Positions 19,301 to 28,754 of a stretch of 32,000 nucleotides of DNA are shown here, piece by piece. A program made the translations under genes and the position numbers. Location: positions 150,001 through 182,000 of the forward strand of contig JAIZWK010000001.1 in the NCBI GenBank assembly GCA_021498095.1. The letters run 5' to 3'. The notes under the pieces were generated by a model. The model made no database searches. It saw only the letters and a list, made by a program, of their open reading frames with translations, and was not told the origin of the DNA. How positions within the stretch are numbered: the stretch's first letter is position 1; the number at the start of each line of letters is the position of its first letter. The DNA is from Candidatus Harpocratesius repetitus (GTDB lineage Archaea; Asgardarchaeota; Lokiarchaeia; Sigyniarchaeales; Promethearchaeaceae).

Positions 19301-22300
19301 TAAAACAATTTGAATTTCAATTATCTCTTTGATAGTTTCAAGCTTGCAGGCCGTGGGGATGAAAGAGATATGCAAAATATCAATCGAGATTTCAATTATC
19401 TCTTTGATAGTTTCAAGCTTGCAGGGTTAAAATTATACGTGAGTATGATGAAAATAATATTGAATTTCAATTATCTCTTTGATAGTTTCAAGCTTGCAGG
19501 AAGAACTGATTAAGATTATGAAGGAGCATGGTTTTACATTTCAATTATCTCTTTGATAGTTTCAAGCTTGCAGGATAATAGTTGATGAACGGGAAAGACC
19601 TTCCGGATTAATATTTCAATTATCTCTTTGATAGTTTCAAGCTTGCAGGTAATATTTTTAAAACGGGTGGAAAAGGAGGAATAAACAATTTCAATTATCT
19701 CTTTGATAGTTTCAAGCTTGCAGGCTAAAGCGGTAATCCTCATACCGAAAACTGCATTTGTTATTTCAATTATCTCTTTGATAGTTTCAAGCTTGCAGGG
19801 CCGGTAAGACGACTGAGAGCACCAAATAAAGATACAGATTTCAATTATCTCTTTGATAGTTTCAAGCTTGCAGGTAGGTATTTGCGGATCTTGTAGTCAA
19901 CACTGTAATTGTATTTCAATTATCTCTTTGATAGTTTCAAGCTTGCAGGGATCCTGTTTATCATCAACAACAATATTTAACAGACATATTTCAATTATCT
20001 CTTTGATAGTTTCAAGCTTGCAGGGTGGCACAATATAGACAACAGAGAAAAGAAGGACTTGCTATTTCAATTATCTCTTTGATAGTTTCAAGCTTGCAGG
20101 TTTCTCTGTGGATAATCTATTCGACGCCTTAAAAATGAATTTCAATTATCTCTTTGATAGTTTCAAGCTTGCAGGAACATATCAATCCACTGTTGGCAAA
20201 TGTCGATAAAGATATTTCAATTATCTCTTTGATAGTTTCAAGCTTGCAGGTTCAAATCTTTTTGGATCTCGGTAAACATTTTAATCGAATTTCAATTATC
20301 TCTTTGATAGTTTCAAGCTTGCAGGAGAGTGGGAAGAAAAAGAACAAGAACGCTTGTTCTTATTTCAATTATCTCTTTGATAGTTTCAAGCTTGCAGGTT
20401 TATTCTGCCCAAGTGCCATAATCAAACTTTGAAGGATTTCAATTATCTCTTTGATAGTTTCAAGCTTGCAGGGCTTTCATCTGGTCGTTTGAGACAGAAG
20501 TTCCTTCAAAATTTCAATTATCTCTTTGATAGTTTCAAGCTTGCAGGAGATTTTTCGATATTTTCATCTATTTTTTTTGTTTTTATTTCAATTATCTCTT
20601 TGATAGTTTCAAGCTTGCAGGGTTGTTCTGTATGCCCTGTGACAGTTGTATTTGCTGATATTTCAATTATCTCTTTGATAGTTTCAAGCTTGCAGGTAAC
20701 GGCGATTGTATGTATTTCTTTAAGATTATATTCCATTTCAATTATCTCTTTGATAGTTTCAAGCTTGCAGGAATCCATGCTATCCCAAATAATGAACCAC
20801 ATAAAAGCAATTTCAATTATCTCTTTGATAGTTTCAAGCTTGCAGGATGAAATTCTTGCTCAGAATTGAAAAAAGCGGATTAACATTTCAATTATCTCTT
20901 TGATAGTTTCAAGCTTGCAGGTTTTTTTATAGTGTATTAGTTGTAATAACAAAATTTAATTTCAATTATCTCTTTGATAGTTTCAAGCTTGCAGGACAAT
21001 CGAAATAACATATACGCCGAAAGATTATTTGATATTTCAATTATCTCTTTGATAGTTTCAAGCTTGCAGGCTGCCAATAGATACCACTTCGGTATAATAC
21101 AAATAATTATTTCAATTATCTCTTTGATAGTTTCAAGCTTGCAGGCTTTTTCCCAAGAAAAAAGTGAAAGGAAAACACTATGTATTTCAATTATCTCTTT
21201 GATAGTTTCAAGCTTGCAGGTTGAACGACATTGGTTTGTACAACCAATATCGTAGTATAATTTCAATTATCTCTTTGATAGTTTCAAGCTTGCAGGCTCC
21301 AAGCACCAGCTGGAGATGACAAGTGGATATTTATTTCAATTATCTCTTTGATAGTTTCAAGCTTGCAGGTCAAAGGGTATTATGGTTTCAATAAAAAGTG
21401 AAGAACTAATTTCAATTATCTCTTTGATAGTTTCAAGCTTGCAGGAGCAATGGAATAATAGAATGGTATTGGAAATTTGGGCAATTTCAATTATCTCTTT
21501 GATAGTTTCAAGCTTGCAGGTTTTAATCTTGCTAATATATTTCTGCTCATAGAAATTGCATTTCAATTATCTCTTTGATAGTTTCAAGCTTGCAGGCGGG
21601 GCGGGGGTGTAGAGATGAATCCACCGAATTTTAATTTCAATTATCTCTTTGATAGTTTCAAGCTTGCAGGGGCTCCTTCTTCAAAGAGTCTCATCTTTGA
21701 AGAAATATATTTCAATTATCTCTTTGATAGTTTCAAGCTTGCAGGCATTGGGGTTTGGAGGGGGTCCGAGTTAGATCGAAATAATTTCAATTATCTCTTT
21801 GATAGTTTCAAGCTTGCAGGTAACTTCCATGATATTTTAAACGAGATCCAAGAGGAGAAATTTCAATTATCTCTTTGATAGTTTCAAGCTTGCAGGGCCC
21901 TTGTAAGAGGCAGCATAGCAACCAGATTGTTCTAATTTCAATTATCTCTTTGATAGTTTCAAGCTTGCAGGACGGGCAGGAAGAATATTTAAAACTTTCG
22001 GACGCGGAATTTCAATTATCTCTTTGATAGTTTCAAGCTTGCAGGTAACAAATCAATTTCTCTTCTAAATTCTGCAAGTTGAGATTTCAATTATCTCTTT
22101 GATAGTTTCAAGCTTGCAGGCAGAAAATATGAGAAAATCATGATTGAATCACCAGGTGATTTCAATTATCTCTTTGATAGTTTCAAGCTTGCAGGCTCAA
22201 GCGGGTATTTGAATGAATCATGTCTGTTATTGGATTTCAATTATCTCTTTGATAGTTTCAAGCTTGCAGGAAATTTTTGGCTTGAATAGAGCCTTCTTCT

Positions 22301-24745
22301 TAAAGAAATTTCAATTATCTCTTTGATAGTTTCAAGCTTGCAGGCTTTTGATTGCACAGATATGTGGAGCGTAGAGATTGAATTTCAATTATCTCTTTGA
22401 TAGTTTCAAGCTTGCAGGGGTATAAATGCAAATTCACTTTTGATTGCACAGATATGATTTCAATTATCTCTTTGATAGTTTCAAGCTTGCAGGTATAAAT
22501 GCTATCGAAATGATATTAAACGCTTCTTTTCATTTCAATTATCTCTTTGATAGTTTCAAGCTTGCAGGGCAAGATAATGCAAGATCTTTGGATAATCTGG
22601 ATATTATTTCAATTATCTCTTTGATAGTTTCAAGCTTGCAGGTAGAAAGATATCGATTAGTAGAATTAATTAATGTAAATATTTCAATTATCTCTTTGAT
22701 AGTTTCAAGCTTGCAGGGAGAGATAATACTCTCTCAAGCGCTTCTGCATATTTGTAATTTCAATTATCTCTTTGATAGTTTCAAGCTTGCAGGTTAGTGT
22801 TCAGATAACTGAACCGGAGTGAAAAAAAATAATTTCAATTATCTCTTTGATAGTTTCAAGCTTGCAGGAAGGAAAGGATAGATTTGGATATCTATCCTGG
22901 GATTTATTTCAATTATCTCTTTGATAGTTTCAAGCTTGCAGGAGATAATTAATTTCCTTATATGTAATCTCAAATACAAAATTTCAATTATCTCTTTGAT
23001 AGTTTCAAGCTTGCAGGTCACTTTTTTTTCACTCCTGTTTTTTATCACTCCCGGCATTTCAATTATCTCTTTGATAGTTTCAAGCTTGCAGGTCCGATAT
23101 TGACAGAGGTATTCTCAGGGAACTGTATAATTTCAATTATCTCTTTGATAGTTTCAAGCTTGCAGGTAATATTATATAATCACTATGTCAACTAATAACG
23201 GTCGTATTTCAATTATCTCTTTGATAGTTTCAAGCTTGCAGGGTGGTATGGATGTGCTGGTGTGGATTTGGATGATGAAATTTCAATTATCTCTTTGATA
23301 GTTTCAAGCTTGCAGGTCCCACCATTTTAAAGAGAGCGTTCTTAAACACTCTCTTATTTCAATTATCTCTTTGATAGTTTCAAGCTTGCAGGTTGGAAAC
23401 GTATTTATGCACAGATTATAAAAGGGCTGAGCATTTCAATTATCTCTTTGATAGTTTCAAGCTTGCAGGGGTGTAAATTCACATGCGGAGATTGATTCTC
23501 ATATTGCATTTCAATTATCTCTTTGATAGTTTCAAGCTTGCAGGTAATGATACTAATGCTAACGATTTAGATCTAAGTGGAAATTTCAATTATCTCTTTG
23601 ATAGTTTCAAGCTTGCAGGGACATGAACTCAGAATTGGATAAAATTCTTGAGAGGATATTTCAATTATCTCTTTGATAGTTTCAAGCTTGCAGGAAGGAT
23701 GCTAAACCAGTGTAATATACTCGCGATTGGATTTCAATTATCTCTTTGATAGTTTCAAGCTTGCAGGGTATTTGTATCAGGGGAAGGATTATAAGCCTCA
23801 ATTAATTTCAATTATCTCTTTGATAGTTTCAAGCTTGCAGGTAATTTAGAAGTGTTAAAAACACTTCCTGATGAAAGTGATTTCAATTATCTCTTTGATA
23901 GTTTCAAGCTTGCAGGATTTAATCCTAAACCACCCGAAAAAATACCGGATGGAAATTTCAATTATCTCTTTGATAGTTTCAAGCTTGCAGGTGATTTGAA
24001 CGGGCGTTTATATTTGATGAGAACCTTCAAATTTCAATTATCTCTTTGATAGTTTCAAGCTTGCAGGTGAAGTATTAGAGGTGATCTCAGAGGAATTTGA
24101 TTATCAATTTCAATTATCTCTTTGATAGTTTCAAGCTTGCAGGAAAGGATGTTGGAGTTACCACGAACTGGGAAGTTATCAATTTCAATTATCTCTTTGA
24201 TAGTTTCAAGCTTGCAGGGATGATCTTGTTAAAGAAGGTTATATCGAGCATTACTTATTTCAATTATCTCTTTGATAGTTTCAAGCTTGCAGGGGAAAAT
24301 TTCAATATTATGATGGATCTTGGCACGATATATTTCAATTATCTCTTTGATAGTTTCAAGCTTGCAGGTGTAAAATTGTAATAATTCTAATGTTTTTTGT
24401 ATATGTATTTCAATTATCTCTTTGATAGTTTCAAGCTTGCAGGAAAATTCCCACAATTGCGGACATGATTCAAGATGCAGTATTTCAATTATCTCTTTGA
24501 TAGTTTCAAGCTTGCAGGCATAGATTTTATGCTCAAAGGTGAGTGGGCAGAAAGATATTTCAATTATCTCTTTGATAGTTTCAAGCTTGCAGGAAGAAAT
24601 GTATCTAAAATATCCCCGAAATTGGTTATTTTATTTCAATTATCTCTTTGATAGTTTCAAGCTTGCAGGTCTGATACCAGGTCAGCATTTTAGCAGATCC
24701 CATACATGATTTCAATTATCTCTTTGATAGTTTCAAGCTTGCAGG
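13384..24745 (-). CRISPR. CRISPR array: 152 repeats of 37 nt, 151 spacers of 36-40 nt (mostly 38)
   Basis: Plus-strand repeat ATTTCAATTATCTCTTTGATAGTTTCAAGCTTGCAGG; transcribed form CCTGCAAGCTTGAAACTATCAAAGAGATAATTGAAAT, with a 4-bp TATC/GATA hairpin followed by exactly 8 nt ATTGAAAT (Cas6-type 5' handle). The only variant repeat noticed is the leftmost (trailer end). Counted by hand; mean period 75.0 nt. Confidence 0.99.
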
Positions 24746-24900
24746 TGCTTCTAAAATGCCCTATACTTCAAAATCAGGCACTAAGAACAAAAACACCTAC
24801 ACTAATTAATATTGAATTTCCTTAAAAATTTATGCATTGGAAATTACTCCAATTAAATATGCACCAAATTCACCGAGAATTCTTCAATTACTTATTATTT
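24746..24900 (-). promoter_or_regulatory. CRISPR leader
   Basis: AT-rich non-coding stretch next to the non-degenerate end of the array, on the cas1/cas2 side; TATA-like TTTTTAAG on the minus strand near 24821-24828. Extent approximate. Confidence 0.7.
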
Positions 24901-25667
24901 ATGAAAATTCATGGAGGTGGCATGAGATTTATGTTTGAATTTAAATAAAATGAATTTCGTTCAACCTTATTTCACCCATGTGCTTTTAAAAATGAACGGA
25001 AATCGAATTCCTTGGAAAACAGGAAAAAGTGTGAATCCGCCAGTAGATGTTGCTTGATCTTAAGATTTTCAGAAATAATCATTGATAACGCAGTTTGAAT
25101 AAAATTATTGTATGTTTATGATTAACTGAGTAAATATTGGAAAAATTCTAATACAAATTCCAACATTAAAAATTTTGATGCACGGAAAATGAAATATGAA
25201 TAAGAAATTTTTTAAGTGCAAAAGCAATCATAGTGTCAACCAATAATATCTCCTGTAGAGTAAAGCGTAGTTGACACAGAACAAGGGTAATGTTTTTATT
25301 TTGGGTTTACGATAAATATTGATAAGTTTAGAAGAAATCGGTCGAAAATTTTATGCAAAATAAAATCAATTTCAAGAGATAGACATAGGACAGGAACAAG
25401 CGAGATTAAACCTGACCAAACCTGACAAGCAAAAATAAAGGAGAAATTCAAAAGTAAAGTTTGGAATGGCAGAAAAATAGTGAAATACAATAATATGAAC
25501 CGTTTTAATTGTGTTAATTCATAGTCTATAGTTAGACAATTGCATGATTACATTTAGTAGCGTTATTGTAATACACTAAAAAGTGAAGGGTGTAATTGTG
25601 ATATTTTTTTGGGGCATATTTTTTTTGAGTAATGTGAAAAAGATTACATAGTTTTGGCGCAAAAATA

Positions 25668-28520
25668 ATGGATTTTAAACAATTATTCAAGATTCTTTCA
25701 GCATCTGGTGTTGCTTACAAAAACGGTTGGGAAACATATTCAAAAAATCAATCAAAGGAAATACCTGTCAATCCTACGAATGAAACTTTTAATGAACAGT
25801 TTAAAAAATCTATAGATGGATCATTCAGCATTTTGTCTGATAAGCAGTTTGATTCTAATATTGATGCTGTTTGCAGCGATGAGGGGCATATTGATAATTT
25901 ATGGGATAATTACTATGGTATAATCATAGCGGTAGAATATAAGATTTTTTTTGGTGGGATTTTTGTTCCACATTTAGTAGTTCAAGGATTTAATGGTGAA
26001 ATAACATGGATTCCATTGGTAGATTATGTAATTTTGCGGGTATCTCGTGAAAAGTATTGTTTAGATTGTATCAGGTTAATTTCAAGAAATAAGAAAGAAA
26101 AAGAAGAATCCAAAATCACAAAAGAATCTGTAAACACGAGAGAATCTAAAATCGCAAAAGAATCTGCAAACACGAGAGAATCTAAAATCGCAAAAGAATC
26201 TGTAAACACGAGAGAATCTAAAATCGCAAAAGAATCCAAAATCCCAAGAAAGCATATAAGTTTTAGAGATAACTTTACACAAGATGCGGGTCAATTATAC
26301 CGGATAAATTTACTAAATCACGAAATACAACAGCAATATAGAGCATCGGAGCATTTATGTGATAATTGTTCGACACTAAATAAATCAGCACTTTTTCATT
26401 ATTTTGAGCATCGTTATAATTATTCTTGTTTCCTTTATCCTTTTAGGTGTCATTTATGCGAGGGATGTCGGCGTTGTTGGAGTTGTGAGTATATAGAGAA
26501 GTGTTATGAAGATAAAGGGCTTGGAATATTATTAGATTCTGAAGATATTTTAATTATTAAGGATTTTTTTTCGATTAATCGAGATAAAAAAAGAAAAAAC
26601 AAAGAAGAAAGTAAAAAGCGTGGAAAAGAAATAAATAAAGATAGAGAAGAAAGAATAAAACATAGAGAAAAAAGAAATAAAGAAGAAGAAAGTAAAAAGC
26701 GTGGAAAAGAAATAAATAAAGATAGAGAAGAAAGAATAAAACATAGAGAAAAAAGAAATAAAGAAGAAGAAAGTAAAAAGCGTGGAAGAGAAATAAATAA
26801 AGATAGAGAAGAAAGAATAAAGCATGGAGAAAAAATAAAAAATAAAAATGAAAGTGAAAAAAGCGAGGGGCTCAATAGAGGGCTTTTTTGGTTTTTCCCT
26901 CATAATAAGACACCAAAAATAATCATTGGGAGTTGGGATGAATGTTTATGGGAAGGATTGAAAATTGGGGGGCGTTATTTACTTTATTGTGAACCTGAGG
27001 AAATGATAAACTTTGATGCATTATATAATGGAATTTTACGAGATATTGACAACAGCATTAAAGATTGGAATGATTGGAATGATTGGGATGATTGGAATGA
27101 CTTAAATGATTCAATATTTTCCAGCGAATATAATGGATCAGATAAGGAAAAATCCGACATTGTTGCGCCCCAATATATTAATAAATTTGAAGATAATGAG
27201 ATAAGGCAAAAAGATTACAAGATAATAAGCAAATTTGAGAAATATATTCATTCATGGTTGTTTGAACGAATAAATGAGAATTCTGCAATTTTTAAAGATA
27301 TTTTAGAAGAAATTTTGATTGACACAAAAGACAGCACTAATATCACAAACACCACAAACACTATAAACAGCAAAAACACTGCAAACAACAAAAACACTAT
27401 AAACAGCAAAAACACTGCAAACAACAAAAACACTATAAACAGCAAAAACACTGCAAACAACAAAAACACTATAAACAGCAAAAACACTGCAAACAACAAA
27501 AACACTGCAAACAGCAAAAGCATTCAAATAAGAAAAGAAGATATAACTTCGAAAAATTTGGAAGAACAAAAAGAATGTGAAAAAACTTTGGAAAATCAAA
27601 AAGAGAAGCACATGCATAAACAAAAAAAGAATCAGATGAAGAAGCAAAAAGAGATTCAGATTAATAAAAGTAAGCATGATTCATATAATTCCCAAAATTA
27701 TCAGTCAAAGGTGATTTTGCATGTATCTCATCCAAATACAAATTGGAACATATCGATATATGAGATTTCGAGCGAAAAAGTGGAGAATCGTCAATTTTTA
27801 GGAAATATTGATATTTTTTCTCCAGAAAGGATTCATCTATATGAGAATATTGTTCATAAAAAATGGAGTGCCTTTTCAAGTCGAGATTACAGAGCAGAGC
27901 AATTTTCTGAAATATTATCTGATGATTTTACTTTAAAAAACAGGAGATGTGAAAATGCTGAAGAAACACAATATGCTGAAGAAACACAATATCCTGAAGA
28001 AATACAATATGCTGAAGAAACACAATATCCTGAAGAAACACAATATCCTGAAGAAACACAATATGCTGAAGAAACACAATATGCTGAAGAAACACAATAT
28101 CCTGAAGAAATACAATATGCTGAAGAAACACAATATCCTGAAGAAACACAATATCCTGAAGAAACACAATATCCTGAAGAAACACAATATGCTGAAGAAA
28201 CACAATATCCTGAAAAGATACAAGATAGAGAAGATATGCAAAACTCCTTTTCTGTTGGATTTTTTGGTTTTTATAGTCATGATATGATTAATCTGGAATT
28301 TTATGTTGAAAATTATGCTGGATCTCGACTTTTGGTGAGATTTAGGACTAATACAGTCGATGAGATGGAAAGAAAAAACATCATTGATAATGTAAATTTA
28401 GAAAACAGAAAAAGCATCAATAAAAAGGATTTTTTCTTAAAAAACGAAAAAAATAGCCCATTACGATGGCTAAACTTGAATGATCTAATCGGGCATAAGA
28501 TTTGGTTGGATGTGGTTTAG
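25668..28520 (+). CDS. Cys-rich hypothetical protein (950 aa) interrupted by five tandem-repeat blocks; core weakly resembles DUF2797-type Zn-finger proteins
   Basis: Long ORF with YCLDC, LCDNC and C..RCHLCEGCRRCWSCEYIEKC; ends LNLNDLIGHKIWLDVV. The CDS itself is near certain; the family resemblance is from memory and unverified. Confidence 0.6.
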   Translation: MDFKQLFKILSASGVAYKNGWETYSKNQSKEIPVNPTNETFNEQFKKSIDGSFSILSDKQFDSNIDAVCSDEGHIDNLWDNYYGIIIAVEYKIFFGGIFVPHLVVQGFNGEITWIPLVDYVILRVSREKYCLDCIRLISRNKKEKEESKITKESVNTRESKIAKESANTRESKIAKESVNTRESKIAKESKIPRKHISFRDNFTQDAGQLYRINLLNHEIQQQYRASEHLCDNCSTLNKSALFHYFEHRYNYSCFLYPFRCHLCEGCRRCWSCEYIEKCYEDKGLGILLDSEDILIIKDFFSINRDKKRKNKEESKKRGKEINKDREERIKHREKRNKEEESKKRGKEINKDREERIKHREKRNKEEESKKRGREINKDREERIKHGEKIKNKNESEKSEGLNRGLFWFFPHNKTPKIIIGSWDECLWEGLKIGGRYLLYCEPEEMINFDALYNGILRDIDNSIKDWNDWNDWDDWNDLNDSIFSSEYNGSDKEKSDIVAPQYINKFEDNEIRQKDYKIISKFEKYIHSWLFERINENSAIFKDILEEILIDTKDSTNITNTTNTINSKNTANNKNTINSKNTANNKNTINSKNTANNKNTINSKNTANNKNTANSKSIQIRKEDITSKNLEEQKECEKTLENQKEKHMHKQKKNQMKKQKEIQINKSKHDSYNSQNYQSKVILHVSHPNTNWNISIYEISSEKVENRQFLGNIDIFSPERIHLYENIVHKKWSAFSSRDYRAEQFSEILSDDFTLKNRRCENAEETQYAEETQYPEEIQYAEETQYPEETQYPEETQYAEETQYAEETQYPEEIQYAEETQYPEETQYPEETQYPEETQYAEETQYPEKIQDREDMQNSFSVGFFGFYSHDMINLEFYVENYAGSRLLVRFRTNTVDEMERKNIIDNVNLENRKSINKKDFFLKNEKNSPLRWLNLNDLIGHKIWLDVV
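26106..26243 (+). repeat. 36-nt in-frame tandem repeat (ESKIAKESVNTR x3 plus partials)
   Basis: Read directly. Confidence 0.9.
26601..26834 (+). repeat. 81-nt in-frame tandem repeat (27 aa, about 2.8 copies)
   Basis: AGT(Ser) anchors at 26610, 26691 and 26772; encodes EESKKRGKEINKDREERIKHREKRNKE. Confidence 0.92.
27063..27110 (+). repeat. 9-nt in-frame repeat (DWN/DWD x4-5)
   Basis: gattggaat gattggaat gattgggat gattggaat gacttaaat gat. Confidence 0.85.
27357..27518 (+). repeat. 36-nt in-frame repeat (NTINSKNTANNK x4 plus half unit)
   Basis: aacactataaacagcaaaaacactgcaaacaacaaa at 27357, 27393, 27429 and 27465. Confidence 0.92.
27957..28226 (+). repeat. 18-nt in-frame repeat ([A/P]EE[T/I]QY x14 plus 1 degenerate)
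   Basis: Read directly from DNA and ORF translation. Confidence 0.95.
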
Positions 28521-28553
28521 ATTAAATCTTATTAGTGAAATCTGTGAAATTTA

Positions 28554-28625
28554 CAAAATAGAACCACCAAGAACAAAACAGAAAAAAAGCAAAATAGAAC
28601 CATTAAGAACAAGCCAAAAAAAAGA
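28554..28625 (+). repeat. Intergenic imperfect 36-nt tandem repeat x2
   Basis: caaaatagaacc recurs at 28554 and 28590. Confidence 0.7.
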
Positions 28626-28754
28626 AATCAATAAAAATTCAAAGCAACAAACCAAAAAAAGCAAATATATTAACCGTATTTTATAAATAACCGAGAATGG
28701 TAAATTTTATAGTAATTGAAATAAAGAAACAGAAAAAACGGATATGAAATAAAA

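Noticed and set aside
19800-19837. Spacer reading AGKTT (Walker A-like)
   Set aside because: That frame hits a stop five codons later; other frames are open.
17021-22756. Short matches between spacers: AGAAGAGGGTAAA (17021 and 18071 spacers) and GAGAG[T/A]TAATACTCTC (17769 and 22718 spacers)
   Set aside because: A rough pairwise estimate for 151 AT-rich spacers gives on the order of one such match by chance.
13399-24456. Dozens of ORFs in the track across the array (ISIISLIVSSLQ, FNYLFDSFKLAG, CKLETIKEIIEI repeats)
   Set aside because: Translations of the CRISPR repeat, which lacks stops in several frames; not genes.
24901-25667. Short ORFs and a GGAGGTG motif between the leader and the 950-aa gene
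   Set aside because: Frames are 35-64 aa with no recognisable motif; no IS ends or RNA gene seen.
25668-28520. Tandem repeats as a second CRISPR or mini-array
   Set aside because: Units are head-to-tail with no unique spacers, are multiples of 3 and lie inside an ORF.
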